Part shown: positions 28,017-37,755 of the stretch, piece after piece | Numbering within the stretch: position 1 is the first letter of the stretch | How the letters are laid out: the number at the start of each line of letters is the position of its first letter | From: a virus | Taxonomy: Duplodnaviria > Caudoviricetes | DNA: 64,000 nucleotides | Virus record (IMG/VR): IMGVR_UViG_3300035208_002851 | Span: 1-64,000 of that record | Strand: one strand, 5' to 3' | The notes under the pieces: model-generated | Told to the model about the DNA's origin: nothing | The model's input: the letters and a program-made list of their open reading frames with translations, nothing else | Databases searched by the model: none | Made by a program: the position numbers and the translations under genes

Positions 28017-29323
28017 AAGTTACACTCATTAATCCCCCCGATCCTAACTCCATTGCGAAGGACTTAGACCCTTCCCTTGGGTTAATGTATCTATCTTCTT
28101 TTTTAAAAAATCATAATGTAGAATGTGAAATCTTAGATTTTGCGTTGCACGATAAATCCGAATGGTTATCCTTAATTAAATCTCATAAATCAGACCTTTA
28201 TGGGCTAACTGTTTACTCTTCAAGTGTGTCTACAGCAGATATTATTAACAAATTAATCAAAAGTGTACATCCAGAGTCAAAGATAATTTGGGGTGCAACG
28301 CATGCCTCGTACGAATGGATATCCTCGTTTATATATTCTCCAGAATTAGACTTTATAGCACTTGGAGAAGGTGAGGAAACTCTTCTAGAACTCTGTAGAA
28401 ACTCTGATGGAAACTATAATTCTATAGCTGGGTTAGCTAATAGAGATGGGCAAAGCATGTTCATTTCCAACTTGAGACCCCTAATAAAGAATATTGATGA
28501 GTTACCACTTCCAGATAGAACCATAGATTTGCATCAGTATACACGCAAAGTTGACGGGGTTCCCTCAACACCAATTATGACTTCTAGAGGATGTAGTTAC
28601 AACTGTCTTTTTTGTTGCAGTAGATACTTCTGGAAATATCCACGGTTTCATAGTTTTGAACGAGTTAAAACCGAGTTGAACATTATTAAGGAGCAAGGTT
28701 TCAACGCTGTACATTGCTGGGATGACACTTTCACCCTCAACCATGAGAGACTCTATAAGATTTTAGATGAAATTAAAAGACTGAAGTTTACTTTTAGATG
28801 CAATGGCGACCTACGGTTAGATACAAAAGAAGTTCTACAGAAACTCTATGAGAGCGGATGTAGAGAATATGCTGTTGGTATAGAATCTGGAGATCAACAA
28901 GTGCTTAACGCTATCAATAAACGTACTACTGTAGAACGCAACAAACAAGTTATGAAATGGGCTAAAGAAGTGGGACTACCAATTAAAGCCTATCTAATGG
29001 TTGGTAATGTTGGAGAAACAATGGATTCTATTAAAAAAACTATAGATTTCATCAAACAAACTGGTCCGGAATATTATACTATCTCAAATTTTGTACCAAT
29101 GCCAGGTTGTCAAATTTATTCTCAACCTGAAAAGTACGGTATTAAATTCAGAACCAAAAACTGGGATGAGTACTTTGTTGTAGGCAGGAAAAATCAAGGT
29201 GGTTGCGTCATAGATACCAAAGAAATGACAGCCGAGCAAATAGCTGAAGCCAGAGAAATGCTTATCGCAGAACTACCCAAACAAACTGGTAAATTGCAAG
29301 ACTATTATAAAAAAGTGAGTTAA
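28001..29323 (+). CDS. B12-binding radical SAM enzyme (putative methyltransferase)
   Basis: LGLMYL, GEGE, TSRGCSYNCLFC, DDTF, GIESG. Confidence 0.9.
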   Translation: MAVLLKVTLINPPDPNSIAKDLDPSLGLMYLSSFLKNHNVECEILDFALHDKSEWLSLIKSHKSDLYGLTVYSSSVSTADIINKLIKSVHPESKIIWGATHASYEWISSFIYSPELDFIALGEGEETLLELCRNSDGNYNSIAGLANRDGQSMFISNLRPLIKNIDELPLPDRTIDLHQYTRKVDGVPSTPIMTSRGCSYNCLFCCSRYFWKYPRFHSFERVKTELNIIKEQGFNAVHCWDDTFTLNHERLYKILDEIKRLKFTFRCNGDLRLDTKEVLQKLYESGCREYAVGIESGDQQVLNAINKRTTVERNKQVMKWAKEVGLPIKAYLMVGNVGETMDSIKKTIDFIKQTGPEYYTISNFVPMPGCQIYSQPEKYGIKFRTKNWDEYFVVGRKNQGGCVIDTKEMTAEQIAEAREMLIAELPKQTGKLQDYYKKVS

Positions 29324-29324
29324 T

Positions 29325-30092
29325 GTGAAGACAATTTTGTTGTGCGGCGGAAAAGGGTTAAGGTTGCCTGAAGAAACCTCAGAGCGCCCCAAACCCCTTG
29401 TAGAAATTGGTTCTCAGCCTATTTTAACCCATCTAATGAAAATCTACAGTCACTATAACTACAACGATTTCATAATCTGTCTAGGCTATAAAGGTTACAT
29501 GATTAAAGACTATTTCCTTCATTTCTATGAACATATCAACAATATCTACATAGATTTAGAAACAGGAGAAAAACACATCTCCTCTTATAAAGAGCCGTGG
29601 AAGATAAATCTATTAGATACAGGCGAAAACACAGCAACCGCTGGTAGAATGCTTTTTGCCCAAGAATTTCTAAACCCCGCAGAGCCATTCATGATGAACT
29701 ATTCCGATGGTCTATCAAATGTAAACATCCGTGAAGTTGTAAACTTTCACAATAAACATAAAAAACTAGCCACCTTTGTAGCTGTAAACAACCCAAGTAA
29801 ATTTGGTACAGTTTCACTTTCTAAAAATGGAACTGTAGAAAAATTCGGAGAAAAAGTCCAAGACGGATCCTACATCAACGGTGGATTCTTCGTTCTACAA
29901 ACCGAAGTCTTTAAATATATAAAAGACTCTAAGACAAGTTGGGAATTTGACGTTCTTCCAGAACTTGTCAGAGACCATCAGTTGATGGCTTACAAGTATG
30001 ACGGGTTCTGGAAATGCATGGATTCCTTGAAAGATAAAATTGAACTTGAAGAAATGTGGAATTCTGGTAAGGCGGCCTGGAAAGTATGGTAA
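29325..30092 (+). CDS. rfbF: Glucose-1-phosphate cytidylyltransferase
   Basis: LCGGKGLRL.EET..RPKP, DTG..T.TAGR, INGGFF, FWKCMD, WKVW. Confidence 0.93.
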   Translation: MKTILLCGGKGLRLPEETSERPKPLVEIGSQPILTHLMKIYSHYNYNDFIICLGYKGYMIKDYFLHFYEHINNIYIDLETGEKHISSYKEPWKINLLDTGENTATAGRMLFAQEFLNPAEPFMMNYSDGLSNVNIREVVNFHNKHKKLATFVAVNNPSKFGTVSLSKNGTVEKFGEKVQDGSYINGGFFVLQTEVFKYIKDSKTSWEFDVLPELVRDHQLMAYKYDGFWKCMDSLKDKIELEEMWNSGKAAWKVW

Positions 30093-30334
30093 GAAAATTA
30101 GATAATTCGGGTATTCAAAAATTCTATTTTGTTTCTGATAAACTTTATTCTTTTAGTTGGAAACTTCGTAAAAAAGTCCTAATAAATTTACTGGATATTT
30201 ATTCTATATAATATTAAAACATACCTATTTATATGCATGCTTTACTAAAAAGGGTTGTTATTTTGTTGCATACCAATTTACTTTTTTGGATCATAATAAA
30301 GACAAAGTTAATTAATAGTTGGAAGGTATGGTAA
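30078..30334 (+). repeat. 15-bp direct repeat TGGAA(A/G)GTATGGTAA flanking an AT-rich insert
   Basis: Copies at 30078-30092 and 30320-30334, both read WKVW-stop. Confidence 0.65.
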
Positions 30335-30526
30335 ATGAAAGAAATTAAATTATTAATTGGTGAAGATATAATTCAAGCTATTGTAGATGCTTTTTATGCA
30401 GTAGATGAAGAACCCATAACTATTTCTGGTAATGGTGTAAGAATTATCTTAATGAAAGATAGATTTGATGAAATTGTATCTTTCAACCCAAAAAGTGTAA
30501 TTGAGGTTAAATATGCGTGTCGCTGA
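30335..30526 (+). CDS. Hypothetical protein
   Basis: ORF. Confidence 0.45.
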   Translation: MKEIKLLIGEDIIQAIVDAFYAVDEEPITISGNGVRIILMKDRFDEIVSFNPKSVIEVKYACR

Positions 30527-31046
30527 TTACATCTTTAAATATCTAAACGAAGAAGCTAAAGTAGACACCATTTTCATGGTTACTGGTGGTGGTGCCATGT
30601 TCCTCAATGATGCTATAGGCCAAACCAAAAATCTTAAATATATCTGCTGCCACCATGAACAAGCAGCCACAATGGCAGCTTCCGCCTACAGTCGTTATAC
30701 TGGTAAACTCGGGGTTTGTGTTGTCACCACGGGGTGTGGTGGAACTAACACTTTAACTGGAGTTCTCGGTGCCTACCAAGACAGAATTCCCATGCTGATT
30801 ATCTCTGGTCAATCTAAAGTTTCTGAGTGTACTTATTTCAGAGAAGATAACGAACTTAGACAGTTAGGAGTACAAGAAGTAGATATTTCTAAATTAGTAA
30901 AATCAATAACTATTGCATCTTTTACTATTGAAAAAACAGAAAATGTAAAAGAATATCTAACATGGTCTATAGAAAAAGCTTTTGAATATCAAGGACCAGT
31001 TTGGATAGATGTCCCTATAAATATTCAAGGTGAAGAAATTGCTTGA
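30513..31046 (+). CDS. ThDP enzyme (YerE/acetolactate synthase-like), N-terminal Pyr domain
   Basis: VTGGGAMFLND, HHEQAA, TTGCGGTN, RQLGVQE, GPVWIDVP. Confidence 0.9.
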   Translation: MRVADYIFKYLNEEAKVDTIFMVTGGGAMFLNDAIGQTKNLKYICCHHEQAATMAASAYSRYTGKLGVCVVTTGCGGTNTLTGVLGAYQDRIPMLIISGQSKVSECTYFREDNELRQLGVQEVDISKLVKSITIASFTIEKTENVKEYLTWSIEKAFEYQGPVWIDVPINIQGEEIA

Positions 31047-32256
31047 TAAAGAAAGTATTGAAAAGTTAAAACTATTTCTTTTAAATTCAAAACGTCCAAT
31101 ACTACTTGTGGGTCATGGTGTAGAATTAGGTAATGCACAACGAAGACTTATACAGCTTCTTCAATGTTATCAAATTCCAGTTGTTTGGTCCCAAGGCGGA
31201 ATTAATGTGCTACCTTCAACTCATCCTTTAAATATTGGTAAAATTGGAACCAAAGGTTCTAGAGCAGGAAACTTTGCTGTACAAAACGCAGACTTAATAA
31301 TATCTATAGGTTCTAGACTTTCTGTAAGTACTACTGGTCAGAACTATGAATTATTTGGTAGAGAAGCAAAACTTATAGTTTTAGATACTGACAACGTTGA
31401 ACATACGAAAAATACCGTAAAGATTGATTTATTTATTGAGGCAGATGCTAATGACATATTATATACAATACATCATCATATCTATGATAGTAACGGTCCT
31501 AATTGTTCCGAATGGGTTCAAAAATGTCAACATTGGAAAGAAATCTTTCCCGTTTACCAACCAGAGTTCTCAAAGACTGATAAAGTAAACATGTATTATT
31601 TCATAGAAGAATTGTCAAATCAGTTACGAGAAAACGATGTAGTTGTCGCAGACGCAGGCTCTGCTATGTTTGTTACTTCACAGGGGCTCCGCTTCGGAGA
31701 AACCAACAAAGTTATCTTAAGTCACGCGCAAGCCGAAATGGGTTTCACAATACCAGCCTGTATAGGTGTAGCCTGCGCAAAACAAGGAGACGTAATTGGT
31801 ATCACTGGCGACGGCAGTTTCCAGATGAACATTCAAGAGTTGCAAACTATAAAGCATCACAATTTACCGATTAAACTTTTTGTGTGGAATAATGAAGGAT
31901 ATCTTTCTCAGAGACATACACAGATGTCTTACTTCGGTAGATTAACTGGAGCAGATGCATCCTCGGGAGTCAGCTTCCCAGATTTACAAAAGATTGCTTA
32001 TGCCTATGGAATCCCATATGTTGAAGCTGCTTCCAGCACTTATTTGCCTTTTACTATAGAATACACTTTATCTAAACCAGGACCAGTTATCTGTGAGATT
32101 CAATGCTTAAAAGAGCAAGACATTTTAACTATTAAATCTAAACAAGTTGACGGTAAATTTGTTTCTATGCCTCTTGAAGATATGTATCCTTATTTAGACC
32201 GAAAGATTTTTATGGAAGAGATGGTTATTAAACCTCTAGAGTGTTCGTTAAAGTGA
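31039..32256 (+). CDS. ThDP enzyme (YerE-like), central and PP domains
   Basis: R.GNFAVQNAD, GDGSFQMNIQEL...NN. GGTGA SD and TTG start. Confidence 0.9.
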   Translation: MLDKESIEKLKLFLLNSKRPILLVGHGVELGNAQRRLIQLLQCYQIPVVWSQGGINVLPSTHPLNIGKIGTKGSRAGNFAVQNADLIISIGSRLSVSTTGQNYELFGREAKLIVLDTDNVEHTKNTVKIDLFIEADANDILYTIHHHIYDSNGPNCSEWVQKCQHWKEIFPVYQPEFSKTDKVNMYYFIEELSNQLRENDVVVADAGSAMFVTSQGLRFGETNKVILSHAQAEMGFTIPACIGVACAKQGDVIGITGDGSFQMNIQELQTIKHHNLPIKLFVWNNEGYLSQRHTQMSYFGRLTGADASSGVSFPDLQKIAYAYGIPYVEAASSTYLPFTIEYTLSKPGPVICEIQCLKEQDILTIKSKQVDGKFVSMPLEDMYPYLDRKIFMEEMVIKPLECSLK

Positions 32257-33107
32257 GAATAGCAATTTTAGGTTCATCGGGTCACGTTGCAAATAATCTT
32301 TTTAGAAGTTTTAGAGATAATAAAGATTTCGTCTATCAATTTTCTAGAGAATCTATAGAAGATCCATACGATATAAATAGTATGTATAATGTTCGTTCAT
32401 ATAATGAACTTTATTATTGTAATTATGATGCTATAATAAATTGTGTTGGTTTTGGAAACCCAGCCTCGGTAGAAACTGCGGGTGCTGAAATTTTTAGAGT
32501 AACCGAAAAATATGACAATATGTGTATAGATTATCTAAAAATTCATCCATCTACGAAATATGTCTATATTAGTAGTGGCGTTGCCAATAATAGAATAGAT
32601 ACATCCAATCTATATCAATTATCTAAAATTTATACAGAAACAAAACATAGAACCCTACCAGAGTTAAATATTATAGATATTAGACTCTACTCATTTTTTA
32701 CAAGATTCTCAAATTTGGAAGATTCTTTCTTCATGTCACAACTCATAAAATCTATAAAGAATAAAACAGAGTTTGTGACAGACGAAGCTTTGATGTGGCG
32801 TGACTACATTAATCCGAAAGACTTATATTCGTTGATACAGCTATGCTTACAAGAAGAGAAAATTAACGGTTGGTTTAATACTTTCAGCCTTAAACCAGTA
32901 GAGAAGTTTGAAATTTTAGAATACTTCCAAAATAAGTATAACTTGCGCGTCAAGTTTGTACCCAAGCACACTGGTTTCAGTTCTTCAAATGACTCTTCAT
33001 ATTTTGCAAAGGGAACTGATGGGGTAAAACAGGGTTATAAACCAACATATACTTCTATAGATACTATCAAAGAAGAATCGGAGTTTTTATTAAATGGAAC
33101 AACTTGA
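32253..33107 (+). CDS. NAD-dependent epimerase/reductase (extended SDR)
   Basis: ILGSSGHVA, YQLSK, RDYI. Confidence 0.85.
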   Translation: MRIAILGSSGHVANNLFRSFRDNKDFVYQFSRESIEDPYDINSMYNVRSYNELYYCNYDAIINCVGFGNPASVETAGAEIFRVTEKYDNMCIDYLKIHPSTKYVYISSGVANNRIDTSNLYQLSKIYTETKHRTLPELNIIDIRLYSFFTRFSNLEDSFFMSQLIKSIKNKTEFVTDEALMWRDYINPKDLYSLIQLCLQEEKINGWFNTFSLKPVEKFEILEYFQNKYNLRVKFVPKHTGFSSSNDSSYFAKGTDGVKQGYKPTYTSIDTIKEESEFLLNGTT

Positions 33108-34122
33108 AATTTTTAGAAATAAAAAAATTCTTATAACCGGAACATCTGGTTTTAAGGGATCTTATCTTGCTTTATGGCTTAATATGCATGGAGCTAAAGT
33201 TAATGGATTTTCATTAGAACCACCAACAGATCCCAATATATTTGAATCTTTAAAATTAAAAAAGTATATTACACAATATTATGGTGATGTACGTGATAAA
33301 ATTAGGTTTGAAACCATAATAGAAGAAACTCAACCAGAATATGTTTTTCATCTTGCGGCGCAACCTATTGTTAAAACTTCATATGAAAATCCAACAATGA
33401 CATTTGAAACTAATATTTTAGGTACCTTAAATTTAATGGAAATTTGTAAAAACCATAATTCTATAAAATCCATAGTTGTCGTTACCAGTGATAAAGTTTA
33501 TAAGGATAAATACCCATATATTTATTCAGAGGATTCGGAGTTAGGGGCAAATAGTGATCCTTATTCCACAAGTAAAGTTTGTTCGGAGTTTGTAGTTGAA
33601 TCTTATAAAAAAGTTTTTAAAGAGAAGGGTATTGCTTTAGCTACAGTTCGCGCGGGTAATGTTATTGGGGGAGGAGATTGGGGAACTAATAGAATTATTA
33701 CATGTATTATTGATTCTTTAATTAAGAATTATGAATTAGGTATATATTCACCCAAAGCTATTAGACCATGGCAATCTATATTTGATTGTATTTACGGTTA
33801 TATGCTCGTATCGGCAAATTTAAAAACAGAATCTTGGAATTTTGGACCAAAATCTATAAATTCTATAACTGTAGAAGAGTTAGTTAATAAACTTATGAAA
33901 ATGTGGGGTTCTGGTAATTATTCTATTATAGATAAAAATTTTGAAGAAACAAATTATTTAAAATTAGATTGTGAAAAGGCAAATAGAGAATTAAATTGGT
34001 ATCCAAAATATGATATAAATGAAATTTTAAATAAAACAGTTTCTTGGTATAAAAATTTCTATAATAATCAAAATATGTATAAATTTACATTGGAGCAAAT
34101 TAAAGAATATGAAAAGAAGTAA
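33094..34122 (+). CDS. rfbG: CDP-glucose 4,6-dehydratase
   Basis: TG.SGFKG, HLAAQP.V, TSDKVY, DPYS.SK, RAGNVIGGGDW, RPWQ. Confidence 0.93.
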   Translation: MEQLEIFRNKKILITGTSGFKGSYLALWLNMHGAKVNGFSLEPPTDPNIFESLKLKKYITQYYGDVRDKIRFETIIEETQPEYVFHLAAQPIVKTSYENPTMTFETNILGTLNLMEICKNHNSIKSIVVVTSDKVYKDKYPYIYSEDSELGANSDPYSTSKVCSEFVVESYKKVFKEKGIALATVRAGNVIGGGDWGTNRIITCIIDSLIKNYELGIYSPKAIRPWQSIFDCIYGYMLVSANLKTESWNFGPKSINSITVEELVNKLMKMWGSGNYSIIDKNFEETNYLKLDCEKANRELNWYPKYDINEILNKTVSWYKNFYNNQNMYKFTLEQIKEYEKK

Positions 34123-34747
34123 AAAAGATAGGTTACCAATGAAATGTTTGGAATGTGGTAAGATTATTTACTTAACTCCTTATCTTAGTAAAATTAGGAA
34201 ATATTGTTCTTCAAAATGTTCTGATAAAAATTTGATAAGAAGGAAAAAAATGGGAGAAAAAATGTCAATAGTCAAAACTGGAACTAAGATGAGTGAAGAA
34301 TGTAAATTAAAGCATTCACAATATAGGGGTTGGAAGCACACCGAAGAATCAAAAGAAAAATGTAGACAAGCACGATTACATCAGACATTTAAAAAATTTT
34401 CGAATATAGAAAAACTTATAAAGGAAGAAATTCTAAAAAGAAACTTGCCCTTTGAACATAATAAAGAAGTTTTGTGTTGTATACCAGATTTTTCTAACAA
34501 GAAATATAAAATAGCAATTTTTTGTGATGGTACTTATTGGCATTCAGATCCAGAAAAATATTCTATAGATAAATTAAGTAAAATACAAATACATAATATG
34601 TCTTATGATATAAAAAATAATGAAGCATTAAATAAGGAAGGATATAAAGTTTTGAGATTTTGGGAAAGAGAAATAAATGAGTCTCCACAAAAATGTGTAG
34701 ATTCAATGGAAAGAGAATTATTAATAAGAGGGTATATAAATGAGTAG
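34109..34747 (+). CDS. NUMOD3-repeat + Vsr/DUF559-type endonuclease (free-standing homing endonuclease-like)
   Basis: KHTEESKEK, PDF....AIFCDG.YWH, GYKVLRFWE. Confidence 0.8.
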   Translation: MKRSKKDRLPMKCLECGKIIYLTPYLSKIRKYCSSKCSDKNLIRRKKMGEKMSIVKTGTKMSEECKLKHSQYRGWKHTEESKEKCRQARLHQTFKKFSNIEKLIKEEILKRNLPFEHNKEVLCCIPDFSNKKYKIAIFCDGTYWHSDPEKYSIDKLSKIQIHNMSYDIKNNEALNKEGYKVLRFWEREINESPQKCVDSMERELLIRGYINE

Positions 34748-35669
34748 AATACTATTATCGGGAATAACTGGCTTCGTATCTGGAGAATTAATACCAAATC
34801 TAATAGATAGAGGTCATGAAATCTATGGTATTTCAAGATATGTTACTGGTAGAGTTGCACCAATAAATTCAATACCAACATATTTTGCTGATCTAAGAGA
34901 TGGGTTTACCATAAGAAAAATAGTCCGTGATGTACAACCAGACAAAGTTATACATGTTGGTGCATTATCTAGAGTTTCAGAATCATACGATCATCCACAA
35001 GAATTTGTTGAAGCAAATCTTCAAGGTACAATAAATCTTGCAGAGGCCTGTCTTAGAGAATGTCATAATTTTAAGCAATTTCTTTTTGCAGCTACAAGTG
35101 AAATGTTTGGTAATAATGGATTTGAAATTCAAAAAGAAACAAATCCAAGGAATCCAGCATCTCCTTATGCAGTAAGTAAAGTTGCTTGCGAGAACTATCT
35201 TAATTATATGAGGGAAGCTTATAACTTTCCATCGACAATTTTAATTCCATATAATACCTACGGACGTAAAAAAGACTTCCATTTCTTTGTAGAACGTACA
35301 ATAACTCAAATGTTGACAAAAAACAAAGTTTCCTTAATAGATCCCGAACCAATAAGAGATTGGATGTTCATTAAAGATCATGCTAATGCATATCTAACAT
35401 GTTTAGAAAATGAAAAGGCAATAGGCGAAACATTTAATTTCTGTACAGGAACTGGCATGTCTATTAAAGAAACAGCAGAATTAATTGCAAAATTAACCGA
35501 CTTTAAAGGAGAAATTATTTGGAATTCTGGTCCAAAACGTCCAACAGAAAGTAAAGTTATTATAGGGAATAATGATAAATCTAAAAAAATTCTTAATTGG
35601 ACGCCAAAATATACTCTTGAAAAAGGTCTAAAATTAACTATAGAAAACTTACGAGAAGAAGTTCTATGA
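34740..35669 (+). CDS. NDP-sugar dehydratase/epimerase (GDP-mannose/dTDP-glucose 4,6-dehydratase-like)
   Basis: SGITGFV, TSE, SPYAVSK, RDW. Confidence 0.88.
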   Translation: MSRILLSGITGFVSGELIPNLIDRGHEIYGISRYVTGRVAPINSIPTYFADLRDGFTIRKIVRDVQPDKVIHVGALSRVSESYDHPQEFVEANLQGTINLAEACLRECHNFKQFLFAATSEMFGNNGFEIQKETNPRNPASPYAVSKVACENYLNYMREAYNFPSTILIPYNTYGRKKDFHFFVERTITQMLTKNKVSLIDPEPIRDWMFIKDHANAYLTCLENEKAIGETFNFCTGTGMSIKETAELIAKLTDFKGEIIWNSGPKRPTESKVIIGNNDKSKKILNWTPKYTLEKGLKLTIENLREEVL

Positions 35670-36655
35670 GTATACCAATACAAATTTTCAAAATTAAACA
35701 AGTAGACTATGAAAAACTTGAGAAACCCAAAACCTCTATAGTACTCTGTACTTTTAGAGAACACCCAAAATTTGAACTTCTATATGAAAGTCTATCACAC
35801 CAAACTCTAAAAAACTTCGAACTTGTTATAGCTGACTACCTCTGTGAAACCCGTAGAGAATTAATACAAAAGTTGTCACGAAAATATGGTATTCCCACAG
35901 TCCACGTTCCTCGTGATAAATACGGTGTGAAAGCTTTCAATGTTGGCATCGCAAACTCCTCTGGTGAATACATGATTCACATCAATGACGCCAACTACTT
36001 CCATAATCGTTTCATAGAGAAACATCTAATTACAGCTATGAATAACTTCTTAAGTTTGGGAACTCGTTATTTCATCTATAATATTGACTTCCCAATTGAA
36101 AAACATCTAACAGCTTCTATAGAAATCCCAGAAAACTTAGACAAAGATACATCATTTCTGATAAATCAGCAAAGCAATGGAATTAAAGATTATCTGCATT
36201 TAAACTTTGGAGAACATAAACTTACAAGTCCCCAAGACTTTAGGATGTTAGGACTACCACCGAAGTTTATCATAGATAACAATTATATTATTGAAGCCGC
36301 ACCTGGTTGGAGTTACGGGGGAAACATTTGTGGTCCGACAGAACTCTTTTTAAAAATCAATGGGTTTGACGAAGCGTTTGATAATGGTTATGGTTGGTCT
36401 GATTGTAATCTTGGAGTAAGAGCATTCAACGCAGGTTACAAGTCATATATGAACATTTCCAATTGGAGTCTTGAAATACACGATAACGACCATGACAGTG
36501 TTTACAATCTGCTTCCAGATTATGAATCTAAAGAAGCATCTAACCACAATTGGAAGCTCTATGAAGAAGCTTGCGACAAAAAACTTACAGCTGTTAACCC
36601 CCACATGGATTTGCGTAAAATAAGAGAAGAAACTTTAAAAGGTAATTTAAAATGA
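35666..36655 (+). CDS. GT2 (GT-A) glycosyltransferase
   Basis: SIVLCT, QT..NFELVIAD, INGFDE...GYG.SD. Confidence 0.85.
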   Translation: MSIPIQIFKIKQVDYEKLEKPKTSIVLCTFREHPKFELLYESLSHQTLKNFELVIADYLCETRRELIQKLSRKYGIPTVHVPRDKYGVKAFNVGIANSSGEYMIHINDANYFHNRFIEKHLITAMNNFLSLGTRYFIYNIDFPIEKHLTASIEIPENLDKDTSFLINQQSNGIKDYLHLNFGEHKLTSPQDFRMLGLPPKFIIDNNYIIEAAPGWSYGGNICGPTELFLKINGFDEAFDNGYGWSDCNLGVRAFNAGYKSYMNISNWSLEIHDNDHDSVYNLLPDYESKEASNHNWKLYEEACDKKLTAVNPHMDLRKIREETLKGNLK

Positions 36656-37194
36656 GTTTAGAAGAATGGTATAATGAAAATCCTTCCATGAAGCAGGATT
36701 TAAAAATTTTATACGAAATGGTTCATTTCAATAAACCAAGACAAATTGTTGAGATAGGTACTGGTCATTCTACAATGACTATGGCATATGCTCTAAAATG
36801 TTTTATGATGGATGTAAAAATACTTACTACAGATATTGATAAAGTTCGTGTAGAATATTTTATGAAAAAAATAGATAGTGCAGACTTATCAAATTACTGT
36901 ATATTGCATACAAAGGATTCTATTGAATTTTTAAATGAAATAAACTTTATATCAAGTTATATTGAGAAAATCGTAGATATGATTTTTATAGATTCTGCTC
37001 ATGAATACCAGAAAACTTTAGATGAAATTATTGCAGCTAATAATATTTTATCCTCAAAAGGATTTATATTTATTCATGACACCACAAATGGGTTTGTGTT
37101 AGCGGCAATTAAAAAATTCCTTGAAAATAATAATTTGTATATATATTCCAATTTTCCAACGCAGTGCGGTTTGGGAGTTTTAAAAAGAAAATGA
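36652..37194 (+). CDS. Class I SAM methyltransferase (Methyltransf_24-like)
   Basis: VEIGTG, IFIDSAH, IHDT. Confidence 0.85.
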   Translation: MSLEEWYNENPSMKQDLKILYEMVHFNKPRQIVEIGTGHSTMTMAYALKCFMMDVKILTTDIDKVRVEYFMKKIDSADLSNYCILHTKDSIEFLNEINFISSYIEKIVDMIFIDSAHEYQKTLDEIIAANNILSSKGFIFIHDTTNGFVLAAIKKFLENNNLYIYSNFPTQCGLGVLKRK

Positions 37195-37754
37195 TAACTA
37201 AATTAGAATCCTTAATAAAAGAATATAACGAATCCTACGAATCCAGAGGTATGACTTTAGATGCTCATACCATGTATAATTTTATAATTGATAGAAATCT
37301 GAAGAAAATCTTAGAAATTGGTGTCCTCCACGGTTCCACCACGAGATTTCTCGCTTTAGCAGTTTCACAACTTAAAGACGCCAGCTTAACAAGCGTTGAC
37401 ATCGAAAATCAATGTCTAGAAGAAGCAAAGCAGAAGCTTGAAAGTGACGGAACCTTAGCAGGCGTAAACTTTGTTTGTTCCGACTCAGTAAAGTTTCTTA
37501 GCGACCAACTCTTAGATTCATGGGATCTAATTTTTATAGATACAGATCACACCTTAAAGCAAACTATAGCTGAAGTTTTCTTGGCAGGACTGGTTGTAAA
37601 ACAAAATGGTGGTCACATCTTTTTACATGATGCACACATGCCAGATGTTATGACAGCCATTAGAGTTTTCTCAGAATATAATAAAGGTCAATGTAGTATG
37701 ACAGTTTTCAAAACCGAATCTGGTTTAGTTTTAATTCAAATGGAGAAAAAATAA
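37191..37754 (+). CDS. Class I SAM methyltransferase (Methyltransf_24-like)
   Basis: LEIGV..G.T, IFIDTDH, LHD. Confidence 0.85.
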   Translation: MITKLESLIKEYNESYESRGMTLDAHTMYNFIIDRNLKKILEIGVLHGSTTRFLALAVSQLKDASLTSVDIENQCLEEAKQKLESDGTLAGVNFVCSDSVKFLSDQLLDSWDLIFIDTDHTLKQTIAEVFLAGLVVKQNGGHIFLHDAHMPDVMTAIRVFSEYNKGQCSMTVFKTESGLVLIQMEKK

Positions 37755-37755
37755 A

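Noticed and set aside
30513-32256. Acetolactate synthase for branched-chain amino acid synthesis
   Set aside because: No other ilv genes are present, and it lies between rfbF and rfbG, the YerE context.
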